Under the pieces are notes generated by a model, which worked only from the letters and a program-made list of their open reading frames with translations, searched no databases and was not told where the DNA came from. Below are positions 40,684 to 49,970 of a DNA stretch of 64,000 nucleotides, piece by piece. Source of the DNA: Nitrospirota bacterium (GTDB taxonomy: Bacteria > Nitrospirota > UBA9217); the NCBI GenBank assembly GCA_963845065.1, contig CAWJQQ010000009.1, forward strand, positions 1 through 64,000. The letters run 5' to 3'. The translations under genes were made by a program, and so were the position numbers. Position 1 is the first letter of the stretch. Every line of letters begins with the position of its first letter.

Positions 40684-42762
40684 ATGGTTGAGACGTTTCT
40701 TGCGGGAACAGCGGTGGTGTTCTTGATGGCATTGGGCATCTTCGCCATTGCAAGAGGGCGAACCGCGTCTAATTCTGCCTTGTTGTGCACCGTCCTACTG
40801 CTCGCGGGAATAGAAGTTTTTGATCAATTGTCATTAGGGCATTCCTCCGATGTTGCCGCGTTTAGACGAATTTCGCTGTTCCTGGAAACGCTCCTTCCCA
40901 GTGCCTTTCTGCTCCTGAGCCTCCTTTTTGGCCGGGAGAAGCCCTTCAGTACGCAGTCGAGAATATGGCTTGGACTCACGGCTGTAATCGCTTTCTATCC
41001 GCCTGCCATGCTGATCCTTGGAGGAGGCGACCTATTTTATGCGGGCGTTGTGAACGAACGAGTACTGTTTCTGGGGTACGCGGGCTACTGGTATTACTTT
41101 GTGATCATGGTATCATTTATATTTTCCCTCTCGAACGTTGAAGCAACACTTTTGGAAACCCACGGAAAGGCCCTGAACCGGATGAAGTTCGAGGCCTTCG
41201 GGATTATGAGCCTGCTTGCGGTCCTGATTTTTTTCTACAGCCAGGGGTTGTTGTACCACACCATCAACCTAAACTTGATTCCCATACGATCGAGTGTCTT
41301 TATCTTCGCTGCGATCCTTATCGGATATTCCCAAATTTTCCGCGGGAACGGCAGCCGTGTCAGGGTTTCGCGGCATGTTTTTTATCGATCCCTCACACTG
41401 CTGGTTGTGGGCATATACTTGATCCTCCTTGGGCTCATTAGCGAAGGCATGCGCTATTTCGACGTCGCTATTGGCAGGCAGTTGACCATTGTTATCATCT
41501 TCGTGTCAGGCGTCGTTTTGCTTGCCGTACTTTTCTCCGAACGAGTGCGGAGAAGAGTGGTTGTTTATGTTCACAAGCATTTTTTCGGCAACAAGCACGA
41601 CTACCGGGAGGAATGGATCAAGCTCACCGGCCGGCTATCTTCTTGCGAAACGCTCGCTGATGTTCAGGAGTCCATACTGACGGTCTATAGGGAGACGTTT
41701 GGTCTGAACGGTGCATCTCTGTATCTTCAGAGAGGGGATGAAACACGCTATATCCGGGTCTCGGGCCAGGATATGCCGGAAGGCCAGGGAGAGCTCTCTG
41801 TATCCATGCAGCTGCGTGATTATCTCGTTAATCGCGGAAGGGTACTGAACCTCACGGACGGAGAATACCAGCTGACAGAGTCTGAAAAGTCGATGTTCAG
41901 CAAGGCTGGAGCGTGGCTGGTAGTACCGCTTGTCAGTAATGGGAAAATTAAGGGGCTTGCCGTTTTGCGGGAGCAACTCATCTCGAAAAAGCTTAACTAT
42001 GACGATTTTGACCTGATGAAAGTTATAGCGCGACAGGCAGCCCAGGCGGTAACGAACCTCATGTTATCGGAAGAGCTCATGGAAATGCGGGAAATGGCCG
42101 CTGTGGCAAGGATATCATCCTTTGTCATTCACGATCTTAAAAATCTGGCGAGCGGTCTTTCCATGGTCGTGGACAATGCGGAAGAACATATTGGAAACCC
42201 CGATTTCCAGCAGGATGCCATCACGACCATAAAAAATACGCTCATAAAAATGAAAAGCCTCATGCAGCGGCTTAAAGTTATTCCTGAGCAAAACGCCCGC
42301 AAAACCAGAATGACAGACATTGACCGTTTGTCGCAGGAGACCGTTGCCGAGTTGACGAAGATACGGTCGGACAGGCGTATCGAGTATCACGGCGCACCTG
42401 TTTTCTCCTATGTGGATGGAGAAGAGATTAAAAAAGTCATCGTAAATCTTGTCCAGAACAGTCTGGAGGCGGTCGAAGAGCAGCGGCCAGTAACGGTGGC
42501 AACCTATGCGGAGAACGGCAATGCCTGCATTCGCGTGTCCGATGGCGGTTGCGGAATGTCAGACGACTTTGTAAAGAACCAGCTGTTTAAACCTTTTAGG
42601 ACAACGAAGGAAAAAGGTTTGGGAATCGGCCTCTATCAGAGCAAGCAGATCATCGAAGCTCACGCTGGCAGAATTGAAGTGCAAAGCGAGGTTGGAAAAG
42701 GGTCCGTCTTTACGATTCGCCTTCCCGCCGTGAAAGAGAACAATCGCACCGATAAAAAGTGA
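40684..42762 (+). CDS. prsK: PEP-CTERM system sensor histidine kinase
   Basis: N-terminal TM region, HDYREEW, GAF-like domain, FVIHDLKN H-box, GLGIGL. Confidence 0.92.
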   Translation: MVETFLAGTAVVFLMALGIFAIARGRTASNSALLCTVLLLAGIEVFDQLSLGHSSDVAAFRRISLFLETLLPSAFLLLSLLFGREKPFSTQSRIWLGLTAVIAFYPPAMLILGGGDLFYAGVVNERVLFLGYAGYWYYFVIMVSFIFSLSNVEATLLETHGKALNRMKFEAFGIMSLLAVLIFFYSQGLLYHTINLNLIPIRSSVFIFAAILIGYSQIFRGNGSRVRVSRHVFYRSLTLLVVGIYLILLGLISEGMRYFDVAIGRQLTIVIIFVSGVVLLAVLFSERVRRRVVVYVHKHFFGNKHDYREEWIKLTGRLSSCETLADVQESILTVYRETFGLNGASLYLQRGDETRYIRVSGQDMPEGQGELSVSMQLRDYLVNRGRVLNLTDGEYQLTESEKSMFSKAGAWLVVPLVSNGKIKGLAVLREQLISKKLNYDDFDLMKVIARQAAQAVTNLMLSEELMEMREMAAVARISSFVIHDLKNLASGLSMVVDNAEEHIGNPDFQQDAITTIKNTLIKMKSLMQRLKVIPEQNARKTRMTDIDRLSQETVAELTKIRSDRRIEYHGAPVFSYVDGEEIKKVIVNLVQNSLEAVEEQRPVTVATYAENGNACIRVSDGGCGMSDDFVKNQLFKPFRTTKEKGLGIGLYQSKQIIEAHAGRIEVQSEVGKGSVFTIRLPAVKENNRTDKK

Positions 42763-42839
42763 ACGTCTCGCCGCAGCGCATTTGCTGTGACCTTTCGGCT
42801 TCTATTTGCCAATTTGCAGATTCAGCTTATAAAAATTAA

Positions 42840-44258
42840 ATGATCACAAATATGGAAAAGCTACTCATTACTGATGACAGCGATGAAATACGGACCCAGA
42901 TGAAATGGGGCTTCAGCAAGGAATACGACGTCATCCTTGCTAAAGACGGAAAGGAATCTCTTGCCCTGTTCACTAAATACATGCCTCGAGTCACGATCCT
43001 CGATCTCGGTCTTCCTCCTCATGAGAACGGAACGGAAGAAGGCTTTCGTTGTCTCCAGCAGATGTTTTTGCTGAATCCGGCTGCGAAGGTGATTGTCCTG
43101 ACCGGCAACGACCAGCGTGAAAACGCGCTTAAAGCCATTGAAATGGGAGCTTACGACTTTTATCAGAAACCTCCAAATCTTGATGAACTACGGGTCATTG
43201 TCCGGCGGGCATATCATCTCTCCTCAATCGAAGCGCAGAATCAATCCCTGCATCATGCTCTTGAGCAGCAGACGTCTCCCGTAGGCGGCATCATTGGCCA
43301 CTGCGCCGAGATGCAATCAGTGTTTTCCACCATGCGGAAAGTGGCGTCTTCGGATGCTTCGATTCTGATCCAGGGCGAGAGTGGGACCGGGAAGGAACTA
43401 GTTGCGAGGGCGATCCACTCCATGAGTCTGCGTAAAGGCGGACCCTTTATTCCCATCAACTGTGGGGCAATCCCCGAGACATTGCTTGAGACGGAGCTTT
43501 TCGGACATGAGAAAGGGGCTTTTACCGGGGCTCACGCTCAGTTGCAGGGTAAGGTGGAATACGCTCAGAACGGCACACTGTTTCTTGATGAAATCGGCGA
43601 GCTTCCCGCTTTGCTTCAGGTGAAGTTGCTCCGGTTTCTCCAAGACAAGACTATCCAGCGGGTAGGCGGCAGGGAGGATGTGGTGGTCGACACGCGAATC
43701 CTCGCAGCGACCAGCAAGGACCTTACACAGGAAATGAAAGAAAATAGGTTCAGAGAGGACCTGTTCTACAGGCTTGGCGTGGTGTTAATAAAGGTTCCGC
43801 CACTCAGGGAGCGGAAGGGCGATCTCGTGGTCATCGCAACATATTTTCTGAAACGGTTCAGCGATTTATACGATAAGAGGATCCGTGGGTTCAACTCTCC
43901 CGCCATCGAGAGCATGGAGGCCTATGAATGGCCGGGCAATATACGTGAACTTGAAAACAGGGTTCAAAGGGCCGTGCTACTATCGGAAGGATCTCTTGTT
44001 AATTCGACCGATCTCGGATTTGAAGAACGTCAAACAAATCAGATGGCATCAAATAGAGAAGTAAGCACTCTGAAGGAAGCGAAAGAACGCGTTGAAAAAG
44101 GAATGGTTTTAACTGCACTAGACAAGTACGCGGGGAATATCGCAAAGGCTTCGGAAGAACTTGGCATCAGCAGGCCCACACTCTACGATATTTTAAAAAA
44201 ACACGGGCTCTTTGACGGGACGATCCATAAGGATAAAATACCAACCGATAGTCACTAA
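42840..44258 (+). CDS. prsR: PEP-CTERM-box sigma54-dependent response regulator
   Basis: Receiver LDLGLPP, GESGTGKE, GAFTGA, C-terminal Fis HTH; follows prsK (true start may be 42852). Confidence 0.92.
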   Translation: MITNMEKLLITDDSDEIRTQMKWGFSKEYDVILAKDGKESLALFTKYMPRVTILDLGLPPHENGTEEGFRCLQQMFLLNPAAKVIVLTGNDQRENALKAIEMGAYDFYQKPPNLDELRVIVRRAYHLSSIEAQNQSLHHALEQQTSPVGGIIGHCAEMQSVFSTMRKVASSDASILIQGESGTGKELVARAIHSMSLRKGGPFIPINCGAIPETLLETELFGHEKGAFTGAHAQLQGKVEYAQNGTLFLDEIGELPALLQVKLLRFLQDKTIQRVGGREDVVVDTRILAATSKDLTQEMKENRFREDLFYRLGVVLIKVPPLRERKGDLVVIATYFLKRFSDLYDKRIRGFNSPAIESMEAYEWPGNIRELENRVQRAVLLSEGSLVNSTDLGFEERQTNQMASNREVSTLKEAKERVEKGMVLTALDKYAGNIAKASEELGISRPTLYDILKKHGLFDGTIHKDKIPTDSH

Positions 44259-44270
44259 TCTCAGATTGTG

Positions 44271-44515
44271 GTGTAAGAAAACTTTACACATATCCAGAAG
44301 ACTGAATTACTCAAACAGAGTTTACAGAACCAATAGGAATATAAAAATCTCGCCCAGTACCATCAGTGTTTTACCGGTATTTCAAAACGAAAATTACCTA
44401 TTATAAAACAGTATGTTACCTGCCTACTCTTAGAGTAGCGCCAACTTCATTTATATCGAAGTATCGTATATAAATAGTTTTTACACAGTCATCGACGTGT
44501 ATGAAAACTTTACAC
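44271..44515. promoter_or_regulatory. Putative PrsR enhancer sites (TGT-N11-ACA)
   Basis: GTGTAAGAAAACTTTACAC at 44271-44289 and GTGTATGAAAACTTTACAC at 44497-44515, plus a degenerate site ending TTTTACAC at 44486. Confidence 0.7.
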
Positions 44516-44573
44516 TCATCCCCAGAGCTGAAGAAATATTAATTAACATGTTATAAAACAATGTGTTGTCGGA

Positions 44574-44589
44574 AGGCATATAAATTGCT
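44574..44589 (+). promoter_or_regulatory. Sigma54 -24/-12 promoter
   Basis: AGGCATATAAATTGCT, exact GG-N10-GC. Confidence 0.8.
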
Positions 44590-44689
44590 ATTAAGTAAGG
44601 CAACGGAACCTGAGGGCTTATTACCATTATTTGAAGACGAGCTTCATAATAACTGACTTGAATTCATTAACATATAAGGAGAAAAACAA

Positions 44690-44872
44690 ATGAAAAAGTA
44701 TTTAGGAATGAGCCTCATGCTTGTTGTGTCTCTATTAGCTTTGACAAGCTCGGCATATGCTACTGGGCCCTGTTTAACTTGTAAGACGCCCGAGCCTGGA
44801 ATGCTGGCCCTTCTCGGCGCAGGGATGGCAGCGATAGGCCTGTTTAGCTTTAAGGGAAAAAACCGCAAATAG
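44690..44872 (+). CDS. Minimal PEP-CTERM protein 1 (core TGPCLTCKT)
   Basis: AGGAG RBS, signal peptide ending AYA, PEP, TM helix, basic tail KGKNRK. Confidence 0.88.
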   Translation: MKKYLGMSLMLVVSLLALTSSAYATGPCLTCKTPEPGMLALLGAGMAAIGLFSFKGKNRK

Positions 44873-45044
44873 AATTTAAATTTGTACCCTACGCCGTTTC
44901 TTCTCTAGTTAAATTACCGTGAGGCGAGGGACTGTAGGGATTTTTCACCAAATACATGCCTTGCAACTAAATACGGAAGCAGGGTTTTTTACAGACTGGC
45001 TTAAACATACTGGACGTAAAGACACTATAGAAAGGAGGCAATCC

Positions 45045-45224
45045 GTGAAAAAGTATTTAGTAATGAGCCTCATGCTTGTAGTATCTTTATTAGCGTTGAC
45101 AGGCCCGGCATATGCCGTTTGTGCCAATGCGCTGTGCCTACCTGAACCTGGCATTCTTACTCTTCTCGGTGCAGGAATTGCTGGGATAGGACTGTACAGC
45201 TTTAAAGGAAAAAACCGCAAATAG
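45045..45224 (+). CDS. Minimal PEP-CTERM protein 2 (core VCANALCL)
   Basis: AGGAGG RBS with GTG start at 45045; same architecture as protein 1. Confidence 0.88.
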   Translation: MKKYLVMSLMLVVSLLALTGPAYAVCANALCLPEPGILTLLGAGIAGIGLYSFKGKNRK

Positions 45225-45291
45225 AATCTAAAAATTTGTAGCCCACGCGGTTTCTCTCTAATTACCGTCGCGACTGATTACGTGCAGAAAC

Positions 45292-45414
45292 GGGAGGTTA
45301 ACCCCCCCCAACATCGTATAAAGCACGTAAAATGTCTAGAGCATGACGGTTTTTTTTTGCCCTCGTTTTTATCTCAACCAAGTAAAGCCGCTAAATAGCT
45401 GACTTTAACCTTCC
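45292..45414 (+). repeat. Conserved non-coding repeat, copy 1
   Basis: GGGAGGTTAA...GAGCATGACGG-T9-GCC...TTAACCTTCC; the two ends are complementary. Confidence 0.7.
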
Positions 45415-45620
45415 CCGTATTTAGATTTAGTAGGAATGCTTCTATCGGCTTTTCTGAGCCACCGGAGTGAGTCCTTGTCTATAATACTTTAATATTATTG
45501 ACTATACAGGTTCCCATATGATAAATTTATAACAATAAAGAATTAAATTCAGATTGAATGGCAATTAGATGCGAGATGAAAACGTAATAGAGGAACGGGA
45601 TACGGAAAGGAGAAATATCC

Positions 45621-45809
45621 GTGAAAAAGTATTTAATAAATAGTTTTATACTAGTTGTATTTTTGGTGTTGGCTGGCTCGGCATATGCCGTACCCGTGGG
45701 GCCCTGCGCAGAGTGTAGCTTGCCGGAGCCGGGAATGCTTACACTGCTTAGTTCGGGGATGGCAGGGATTGGTCTGTTCAGTTTTATCAAGAGAAAGAAC
45801 CGCAAGTAG
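45621..45809 (+). CDS. Minimal PEP-CTERM protein 3 (core VPVGPCAECSL)
   Basis: AGGAG RBS with GTG start; same architecture. Confidence 0.88.
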   Translation: MKKYLINSFILVVFLVLAGSAYAVPVGPCAECSLPEPGMLTLLSSGMAGIGLFSFIKRKNRK

Positions 45810-45877
45810 AAACGAGAAAGTCATAACCCTTGCGGTTTCTTCTTAGATAACCGTTGTGTCAGATTACGAGCATGGAG

Positions 45878-46000
45878 GGGAGGTTAAATTATTATCCCAT
45901 CTTCAAGTGCACGTATAAGGTCTGGAGCATGACGGTTTTTTTTTGCCTTCGTTTTTTCTCGCAACCTAGGATAGCGCTCAATAGTTGGTTTTAAACTTCT
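45878..46000 (+). repeat. Conserved non-coding repeat, copy 2
   Basis: GGGAGGTTAA...GAGCATGACGG-T9-GCC...TTAAACTTCT with the same spacing as copy 1. Confidence 0.7.
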
Positions 46001-46198
46001 TCCGCGATTTGGAAACGTTTTGTTGCAACCATGGGGAGGAAACGCCGGCTTTCTATTAAAATAATTCGATTGCCAATTTTCCAGTAAGCCGATATATTTG
46101 AAGGTGTGAAACTTATCGAACAAATCAAACTACTGCCAGCCCTGGAGCTTCTGCTCTGCGTTATTTTTACCCAGTGTAGCTAAAAAAAAGGAGTATCA

Positions 46199-46861
46199 AT
46201 GATTACGCCTGAGACAGATCGACATAAGCTTTTTTCAAAACGGCTTCTTGTCGTCCTACTGGCCATTAGTGTTCTTGCAAACATCATCCTTATCACGAAG
46301 CTTAAGTTTCCTGAAACTTTCCACAAAATTCAGGTTGCATTTATTCCCGCACCCGAAGTAGCGCCCTCAGACCATACTCGTGGCAATCCCAATGCGAAAT
46401 ATACGATCATCGAATATACCGATCTTCAATGCCCCTATTGTGCCCAATTTCACGAGACCATGAGCGCCGTCATGAAGCAAGCGGACGTGCGGTGGGTGTT
46501 CCGCCACTTTCCGCTCCCGGCCCATCCTTTCGCGCAGAAGGCCGCCGAGGCCTCGGAGTGCGCAGGGGAGCAGGGAAAATTTTGGGAATACAGCGATGCG
46601 CTCTTCGGGCTCAAGGGAAATCTTACGGACGCGACGTTCGCTAAGATTGCACGGGACCTTAAGCTGGACATGAATTCCTTCAGCCTCTGCGTAAGCAGCG
46701 GCAAATATGCTGCCGTTGTAGAGGCTCAGCGTGAGGGCGGCGTGAAGAAACTGATACGTGGCACGCCCACCTTCTGGCTGAACGGCAAACGCTTTGAAGG
46801 GTCCGTTCCGCTCGATGAACTCAGGAAGATGGTCGGGGTGATACCCGAAACTAAGAGTTAA
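46199..46861 (+). CDS. Membrane-anchored DsbA-family (thioredoxin-fold) thiol-disulfide oxidoreductase
   Basis: N-terminal TM segment, EYTDLQCPYC, FRHFPL, GTPTF cis-Pro loop. Confidence 0.9.
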   Translation: MITPETDRHKLFSKRLLVVLLAISVLANIILITKLKFPETFHKIQVAFIPAPEVAPSDHTRGNPNAKYTIIEYTDLQCPYCAQFHETMSAVMKQADVRWVFRHFPLPAHPFAQKAAEASECAGEQGKFWEYSDALFGLKGNLTDATFAKIARDLKLDMNSFSLCVSSGKYAAVVEAQREGGVKKLIRGTPTFWLNGKRFEGSVPLDELRKMVGVIPETKS

Positions 46862-46969
46862 GCCTCCCTTTAGTAAAGCGCAGATATGCCTTATTGAGCA
46901 TGACGATTTATTTTGTTCGCATTTCCCTCATGACCCAATAGGACACTTAATAACAGACTTTAACCTTCC
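46852..46969 (+). repeat. Conserved non-coding repeat, copy 3 (more diverged)
   Basis: GAGTTAA...GAGCATGACGATTTATTTTG...GACTTTAACCTTCC. Confidence 0.6.
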
Positions 46970-46989
46970 GCCATCTGTCCTGCTTATTC

Positions 46990-47224
46990 CGGAAATTTTG
47001 GATGCACCTCCGGAGCCATGTGAACACTCATTCCCCTCGAAACTGACCAGATTTGAGATCCTTGTGCGGCGCAATATCAAGAAGCTGAACTTTCTGTGAC
47101 TCAAGATTATTCTCATTTTCTGAGGACGATACTCTGCAGTAAATTGTCACATTTTTATCAGAAGGCTGGATGTTTTCGTGAACAACAACCGTGCAGGGAT
47201 GAGTTTGATAAGAATTCAATTTAC
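46990..47224 (-). pseudogene. IS607-family serine recombinase (TnpA) fragment
   Basis: KLNSYQT...VTIYCRVSSSENENNLESQ serine-resolvase motif; truncated at the IS605 left end. Confidence 0.7.
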
Positions 47225-48887
47225 CAAACTATCCGCAGAAAGCCCCTGGTTTTAACCATGGGGATGAATGCGGGAACTTTGTTTTTTGGCAATTAGTAGA
47301 CAAATGTACATCTATGTGGTATATTTAAACAACCAATGCCGAATAAACCTAAAACCCCATCTTGTATCCACGAGTTTCAACTCGTAGTGACTCCAAAGGA
47401 CAATCGAATGCTCGATGCCCGGCTCGAAGCTGGCCGTTATCTGTACAATGCCTGCCTTGGTGAAGCGATGAAGCGTCTTACTGCCATGCGGCGATCAGAA
47501 AAATGGCTCGTGGCGATCACGAAGAAGAAAAGCAAGCTTCGCACCAGGATGTTTAAGACAGCCAGAACCCAGGCTGAATATACTGAATACCACCTTCATA
47601 ACTATGTCGGTATCCTCCGCAATTCCTGCTGGATCGGAGACCATATTGACAGCCTGACCGCCCAGAAGATAGCGACCAGGTCGTTTAATGCCGTTGCTGA
47701 CTACGAGTTCGGGAAGCATGGCAAACCACGTTTCAAGCGCCATGGCTGGATGTCGTCCCTCGAAGGTAAAAACAACAAATCTGGTATTCGGTGGTGCGAT
47801 GACCATGTGGAGTGGACTGGCCTTCGTCTCAACTGTGTCTTCGACAAGAAAGACAAGTTTGGCGTTCAGGCTCATGCACTTAGCCATGATGTCAAGTACG
47901 TTCGTCTGGTCAAGAAAACTATCCGCGGCAATCCCCGCTGGTTTGCCCAACTTGTGCTTAAAGGCACGGCCAAGATCAAGCGTGAGAACCAGATTGGCAC
48001 CGAAACCGTTGGCCTTGACATTGGCCCGTCGACAGTTGCCATCGTTGGTGATACCGATGCGTTACTACTCGAATTCTGCCCTGAAGTCGAGATACCGTTT
48101 AAACGTATCAAGACCGTCCAGCGCACAATGGCCAGAAGCCTTCGTGCTACCAACCCGGGCAACTACAACGGAGACAAAACCATCAAAACGGGTAAAAAAC
48201 AGTGGGTCTTTTCTGTTCAATACCGTGTTCTTAAAGCTAAGCTCGCCGAACTTCAAAGGATCCTTGCTGAAACCAGAAAACGGTCTCATGGCAAGCTCGT
48301 GAACAAAGTCCTCACTCTCGGTACCGACATCAAAACCGAGAAACTGTCGTACAAAGCATTTCAGAAACTCTATGGTAAAAGTATTTCGCGACGAGCTCCG
48401 GGGATGTTTATGTCGATGCTTCACCACAAAGCCGAAAACGCTGGCGGTAAAGTAACCGAGTTTTCTACCCGGAGCACAAAGCTTTCCCAGACATGCCATT
48501 GTGGAACAGTAGCCAAAAAATCATTGTCCCAAAGATGGCATGCCTGCAACTGCGGGGTAAGCACCCAGCGTGATCTCTATTCCGCATTCCTTGCAAAGCA
48601 TGTTTCTAACGATGTCCTCGACACGCGTCAGGCTGCCAAAGCCTGGCCGGGTGCAAACCTGCTCCTGGAACGGGCGGTGTTGGGGGTGCAGCATGAAGCG
48701 GCAAAGGGTCGAATTCATCCAACCAGCTTCGGTATCAAGCACGAGAACACCACGAACCGGAGACAGAGCTGCTCGTCCGTTAAAGGCGGATCAACGACAG
48801 TCGAGGCCGACAACGTTCGTATTGTTGCCGGAGAGCCTGTCGGTACAGCCGCTAGAACCCCCTGGCTTTAGACATGGGGAGTGGTCA
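47225..48887 (+). mobile_element. IS200/IS605-family tnpB-only (IS1341-type) element
   Basis: Subterminal hairpins CCCCTGGTTTTAACCATGGGG (left) and CCCCTGGCTTTAGACATGGGG (right); follows TTTAC, ends GGTCA; exact ends inferred. Confidence 0.8.
47336..48871 (+). CDS. tnpB: RNA-guided endonuclease TnpB
   Basis: LYNACL, KPRFK, RuvC residues GLDIG / KTEKL / QRDLYSA, Zn ribbon CHCG..HACNCG. Confidence 0.92.
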   Translation: MPNKPKTPSCIHEFQLVVTPKDNRMLDARLEAGRYLYNACLGEAMKRLTAMRRSEKWLVAITKKKSKLRTRMFKTARTQAEYTEYHLHNYVGILRNSCWIGDHIDSLTAQKIATRSFNAVADYEFGKHGKPRFKRHGWMSSLEGKNNKSGIRWCDDHVEWTGLRLNCVFDKKDKFGVQAHALSHDVKYVRLVKKTIRGNPRWFAQLVLKGTAKIKRENQIGTETVGLDIGPSTVAIVGDTDALLLEFCPEVEIPFKRIKTVQRTMARSLRATNPGNYNGDKTIKTGKKQWVFSVQYRVLKAKLAELQRILAETRKRSHGKLVNKVLTLGTDIKTEKLSYKAFQKLYGKSISRRAPGMFMSMLHHKAENAGGKVTEFSTRSTKLSQTCHCGTVAKKSLSQRWHACNCGVSTQRDLYSAFLAKHVSNDVLDTRQAAKAWPGANLLLERAVLGVQHEAAKGRIHPTSFGIKHENTTNRRQSCSSVKGGSTTVEADNVRIVAGEPVGTAARTPWL

Positions 48888-49380
48888 GGTTGTCTCGGCA
48901 GCCAGAATGAAGACCCATGATACGGTCGTCGTGACCCTGTCAATAAAGAATGTGGCAGTAGGGAGCATCGTCGGCGGAGATAAAAAAGCAGTTCATCAGG
49001 GAGTCAGGCAGACAAACCTTAATATCGCCGAGCTTGCCGGGCGTGTTTGGCCGGATCTGGCAATGATCGACGGGTTCGAAGGCATGGAAGGCGATGGCCC
49101 CACAGGGGGTGATCCTGTACCCCTCAATGTAGCGATAGCAGGCACGGATGCACTTGCGACAGATCGCGTTGCCTGCGAGGTCATGGGTATCGACTTTCAC
49201 AGTGTCGGATACCTACATTTTTGCGCCGAGCGGGAACTGGGCGAGGCCGACCTGAATAAGATCGATGTCCTGGGGGAGAAGGTAAAAGACTGCGTTCGGC
49301 CCTTCAAGCTTCACCGGTCGGTGAAAGAACAGTATGCCTGGAAGGCCCAGGAATTACTACTGCGTTGTGGTGGCGATTGA
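48888..49380 (+). pseudogene. DUF362-family protein, C-terminal fragment
   Basis: MKTHD..VTLSIKN, IDGFEGMEGDGP, DALATD; the 5' part is missing at the IS end. Confidence 0.75.
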
Positions 49381-49453
49381 TCATTCCTGTTATGATTATG
49401 AGTTCATTCTCAAGTACGCTTCGCGATTTTGGATACTCAGAATGCCGCGAATG
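49350..49453 (+). repeat. Third copy of the dehydrogenase 3' region (continues at 50454-50501)
   Basis: TGCGTTGTGGTGGC..TGATCATTCCTGTTATGATTATGA.TTCATTCTCAAG.ACGCTTCGC matches ~40319-40383. Confidence 0.85.
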
Positions 49454-49601
49454 CAGATTCCGGACAAAAAAGATATCTGCCTCGTAAATAAATGGGCATC
49501 TATTTCGGAGATAAATGGACATCGATTAAATTGCGCGCGCTGCGAATGCGGAAACAAAAATTCATATTGACAATATATACATTTAAAGGTATATTCAATA
49601 T

Positions 49602-49964
49602 ATGGCATACACGGTTGTAACGTCGGGCGATTATTATACGTGGTGGCGTAGTCTGGATGAGGCCGAACAGATAGATATTGACGCGGTCATTATTCTTTTA
49701 AAAGAAAAGGGTCCACTCCTTGGTTTTCCTCATAGCTCGGGAGTTAACAAATCGAAATATCGACACATGCGTGAGTTGAGAATTCAGCATAAAGGAAGGC
49801 CGTATAGAGTCCTTTATGCATTTGACCCGCGTAGAGTTGCAATTTTGCTAATAGGTGGAGATAAAACAGGCAATAATCGGTGGTATGATCAGTTTGTCCC
49901 TATTGCAGACAAGTTGTACGCAGAACATATAGCTACCTTAAAGAGTTCCAAGAAAGGAAGGTAA
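49602..49964 (+). CDS. RelE/ParE-superfamily (Gp49/HigB-like) toxin
   Basis: GPLLGFPHS, MRELR, YRVLYAFDPRR..LLIGGDK. Confidence 0.88.
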   Translation: MAYTVVTSGDYYTWWRSLDEAEQIDIDAVIILLKEKGPLLGFPHSSGVNKSKYRHMRELRIQHKGRPYRVLYAFDPRRVAILLIGGDKTGNNRWYDQFVPIADKLYAEHIATLKSSKKGR

Positions 49965-49970
49965 AAAAAA

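Noticed and set aside
44771..44785. CLTCK as an NrfA-type CxxCK heme-binding motif
   Set aside because: Not conserved in the two paralogs (CANALC, CAECS), and no cytochrome c maturation genes are nearby.
44919..45044. N-terminal extension of the 101-aa ORF for peptide 2
   Set aside because: AGGAGG plus GTG at 45045 aligns with the starts of the paralogs.
44644..45805. Three antisense ORFs (MRFF...) that also look like a paralogous family
   Set aside because: They are mirror images of the + strand PEP-CTERM genes, which have the RBS, signal peptide and sorting motif.
45292..46969. Non-coding repeats as integron attC sites or CRISPR repeats
   Set aside because: The ends are GTT...AAC (opposite of attC), copies are long, diverged and irregularly spaced, and there are no cas genes.
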